Below, in pieces: positions 21,301 to 24,000 of a stretch of 24,000 nt of DNA. The notes below the pieces were generated by a model. That model had not been told where the DNA came from. It made no database searches and was given only the letters and a program-made list of their open reading frames with translations. Every line of letters starts with the position of its first letter. Position 1 is the first letter of the stretch. The translations under genes and the position numbers were made by a program. The DNA lies in the sequence record MZ634349.1; one strand, 5' to 3'. Source of the stretch: Klebsiella phage PWKp18.

Positions 21301-24000
21301 TTAAGTTGCAGAATCAATCCACTCTTGACCTTGCTTCCATACTTGGATACGGCCAGCGATTATTCGCATATTCTGGTTAGCTTCGTTACTATCAGCATTA
21401 AGGCCGATCATTACCCAGCCTGGGTCAACTGTTTTACCTGGTGCTGGTCGGCCAATTGCTCCTATGTCCCACTTAGCACCTGTACGAACCCACTGAGCGC
21501 ACTGATTAAACCTGCTGCTGATATAATCAGTGATGTACCCGCTATAAACATCGCCTTGTAAGTTACCGTCGGCGTGCAAGGTCCACCGTGCACCAGGGCC
21601 AGTCATTTGTCCTGTATTGCCATGCAACTGCCATTCAGCTGAAGCGGCTCGTAAACCCATCATGGTATTGTTGTCTTTAGGCATATAGATAACGCCACGC
21701 TCGCCATTATCAGAATGACGGAACCAAAGATGTGTTGTACCATTATCTGAGCCAGGAGCCTTAACGTCTACAGCACCAACAAATCTACCAATACCGTTAG
21801 TACTGATAACGTTACCGCCTACTTCTAAAGAACCGTTAAGAGCAGAAGCTCCGGTAACCCAAAGCGATGTAGTTTTTAACTGGCTTCCTGTAATATTTAA
21901 ATTACCGGTTACAGTACCACCCGCTAACGGAAGATAAGTATCACCAGCACTACTAATAGCAGAAGAAACCCGGTCATCAACATATTTCTTGTTAGTCAGG
22001 TGAGCATTATCAGTAGGGGCCTGACCCGCAATAACAAACTTACCAGAAGCAACGTTGATGTTTCCGTCAGCGTTAATCACACCGGTGAAGCGGGAGTTGC
22101 CTTTAACTATCAGGTCCGAGTTAAGATTAGCATTACTTGTTACTGTAAGCTGTCTATTGATTTGGGCATTTCCATAAACAGTTTGGTTTCCGTCAGCATC
22201 TACCTTGAATATGTCGTTAAACGTGTCAGCAGGATTAATTTGGTTGTTGGTATTGGTTGATGCCATAACAGTAAACGAGTTAGATTTACTGATGGCCATT
22301 TTACCCGGCATACCGTTTTTCTTGACTAAACCTATATCAGAGTTTTTACCAAGAACGATCATTCTGTTATCTTCAGAGACGTTCAAGTTGCCTGTGATTT
22401 TCGAGTTCTGCGCCTCGAACTCGCCGCCGACAACCATTTTACCATTCTGATCGATAACAGTAGCTTGGCTCGCACTGTCACCATTTGGCCTTAAATGAAG
22501 TGCTTGGCCGGCTTTTGCATAAACTACGAAAGCGCCTGTGGTGTTTGAACGAACGCCAGGACCTTGTGCCCATTCAAGCACCGTCTCATTATTGCCATAT
22601 GCTTTGACTCTAACTTCTGAATTAGATGAATCACCGTAAGGACGGAAAGCGATATATTTAGCGGCTGCAGTGGCTGTAGTAGAAGCTGACATTATTAATG
22701 CGCCGATACTACCGCCTTGGGCTTCACGAATTATAGCACCGTTCTTAAATGTAACTACTGGATCGTTATTTCCAACGCCGTTAACAATCAATCCACCAAA
22801 AGTGGCCGTTTGGCCTAAACCTATGTTAAAATTATTTCGGGCATCATTGGCATTATTAGCTCCGGTACCGCCAGACGAAATTGGTAAAATTCCATTACTA
22901 TTTGAAGTGGTTACTACTTCTTCCCAGGCCGTCCAGTTAGCAGTAGTCGCAGCAGTAGTTCCTGTCCCAGCACCATATCTAAAGTAGGTTTTGTTGTTAC
23001 GTCCAGATATAAATGTTTGTTTATTGCGGAAATCTACACCTGAGGCTGACCTCATCTTTTCAACAATAACAAGGAAATCACCTTTCAAATTAGTTAAAGC
23101 TGGTGGCATACCAGTTATATTAGTGCCAGGTCCTTGAGCTAAACACGAATATACTCTACGAGTGCCGACATCATTAGAGTCTAAGAAAAGATCATCGATA
23201 GATAAAGTTCTTCCACCAATGTCTTCAGCAACTTCCGGGCCAAGATAACCACTGTCCATATTAACACGGACAGATCTAATACTCGAAGTATCAAATACTA
23301 AATTATTATCAGTTTGGTTATCTGCAGTTCCCCAGCGAAGAGATCCATCTTTAGCTAAACCAAGTTTACGCTGGAGAGTCGGGGAAGTGCCGGTTAATCT
23401 GAATGCAATGGATATATTAGCATCAGAATTTCTCTCAAGAATAAGAGGTGTGTGCTGGGTACCTTTAATATAAAGAGATTGCGAATTAGTATTGGTGTCT
23501 GCCATATCGATGGTAAGACGGCCGGTCATGGTGTCGCCAGATTTGGAAACTTTACTATTAGCATTTCCGGTTAAATTGCTCAGGTAAGTGTTTAAGTTTC
23601 CACCAAATAAAGTACCGCCAACAATATTACCATCGGTTTGGAATGTTACTGCTTTAGAGTTGTCTGATGGGAATAATACTAAATCCCCGGTGTTTCTAAT
23701 TTGCGCCAAATGACGCATATTACTGCTATTACCTTCATAGTTCCAAAAATCAAATCCACCCGGAACTGTCGCAGTATTCGAACGATGGTTAATAAAATCA
23801 GTACGACCCGACCCGTTTTCTTTGTTCCAAGATATGTATGCACCTTGAGAAGGCGGAACATACGCTGCGCCACCGCCAGATAATTTTAAAACTCTGCCAC
23901 TAATGGTATTAGCAGTAATATCACCACTGATTGTAACATCAGCACCAAAAGTGCCGCCTCGAGATTTAGATACAAAGTCGTTATCGTCAGCGTTCGGTTT
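21301..24000 (-). CDS. Large tail-fibre protein, 5' end beyond window
   Basis: ORF track starts at internal M 23718, but the same frame stays open to position 24000 (upstream residues ...KPNADDNDFVSKSRGGTFGADVTISGDITANTISGRVLKL...NYEGNSSN-MRHLAQ). Repetitive beta-rich segments (GNLNITGS, LNVSEDN, GDVTISGD, GRLTIDMAD); syntenic with the T4 gp37 position. Confidence 0.85.
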   Translation of the reverse strand, partial: KPNADDNDFVSKSRGGTFGADVTISGDITANTISGRVLKLSGGGAAYVPPSQGAYISWNKENGSGRTDFINHRSNTATVPGGFDFWNYEGNSSNMRHLAQIRNTGDLVLFPSDNSKAVTFQTDGNIVGGTLFGGNLNTYLSNLTGNANSKVSKSGDTMTGRLTIDMADTNTNSQSLYIKGTQHTPLILERNSDANISIAFRLTGTSPTLQRKLGLAKDGSLRWGTADNQTDNNLVFDTSSIRSVRVNMDSGYLGPEVAEDIGGRTLSIDDLFLDSNDVGTRRVYSCLAQGPGTNITGMPPALTNLKGDFLVIVEKMRSASGVDFRNKQTFISGRNNKTYFRYGAGTGTTAATTANWTAWEEVVTTSNSNGILPISSGGTGANNANDARNNFNIGLGQTATFGGLIVNGVGNNDPVVTFKNGAIIREAQGGSIGALIMSASTTATAAAKYIAFRPYGDSSNSEVRVKAYGNNETVLEWAQGPGVRSNTTGAFVVYAKAGQALHLRPNGDSASQATVIDQNGKMVVGGEFEAQNSKITGNLNVSEDNRMIVLGKNSDIGLVKKNGMPGKMAISKSNSFTVMASTNTNNQINPADTFNDIFKVDADGNQTVYGNAQINRQLTVTSNANLNSDLIVKGNSRFTGVINADGNINVASGKFVIAGQAPTDNAHLTNKKYVDDRVSSAISSAGDTYLPLAGGTVTGNLNITGSQLKTTSLWVTGASALNGSLEVGGNVISTNGIGRFVGAVDVKAPGSDNGTTHLWFRHSDNGERGVIYMPKDNNTMMGLRAASAEWQLHGNTGQMTGPGARWTLHADGNLQGDVYSGYITDYISSRFNQCAQWVRTGAKWDIGAIGRPAPGKTVDPGWVMIGLNADSNEANQNMRIIAGRIQVWKQGQEWIDSAT

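Noticed and set aside
21325-23883. Several + strand ORFs (21325-21561, 22205-22450, 22670-22987, 23701-23883) and the 22000-22260 ORF opposite the fibre gene
   Set aside because: All antisense to the continuous tail-fibre frame, with no RBS or recognised domain.
1-24000. CRISPR array, tRNA cluster, retron or transposon
   Set aside because: I saw no regularly spaced direct repeats, tRNA-like cloverleaf region, reverse transcriptase motif, or transposase ORF. The recurring short sequences are promoter-associated instead.

Overview
This window is an early/middle gene block plus part of the late tail-fibre/lysis block of a T4-like (Tevenvirinae-type) myovirus. From the translated ORFs I recognise these T4 homologues, in T4-like order: a ModA/ModB-type ADP-ribosyltransferase, dda helicase with its small downstream partner, dexA exonuclease, a topoisomerase II large subunit encoded as ONE uninterrupted ORF (T4 splits it into 39 and 60), rIIA, rIIB, ndd, topoisomerase subunit 52, motA and asiA. 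On the minus strand are holin t, a tail-fibre-assembly-like protein, and a long tail-fibre ORF that stays open past the window edge. Between these are many small ORFs, including several tiny hydrophobic ones around ndd/52, an HNH-like protein, a SprT-like metalloprotease and a probable PD-(D/E)XK-fold protein just downstream of rIIB. The most unusual non-coding signal is a family of early-promoter-like sites (GTTTAC - 17/18 nt - TATAGT/TACTAT/TATTAT). At several of these an inverted repeat is centred on or overlaps the -10 region, as an operator would. Other signals are C(TTCG)G hairpins at gene junctions, a terminator U-tract that doubles as a MotA-box-like sequence before the topoisomerase gene, and directly abutting convergent stops of asiA and t. 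No CRISPR array, tRNA, rRNA or clear transposon was seen. The window is mostly a recognisable phage core; the candidate novelty lies in the promoter dyads, the nuclease-like gene and the small-protein clusters.
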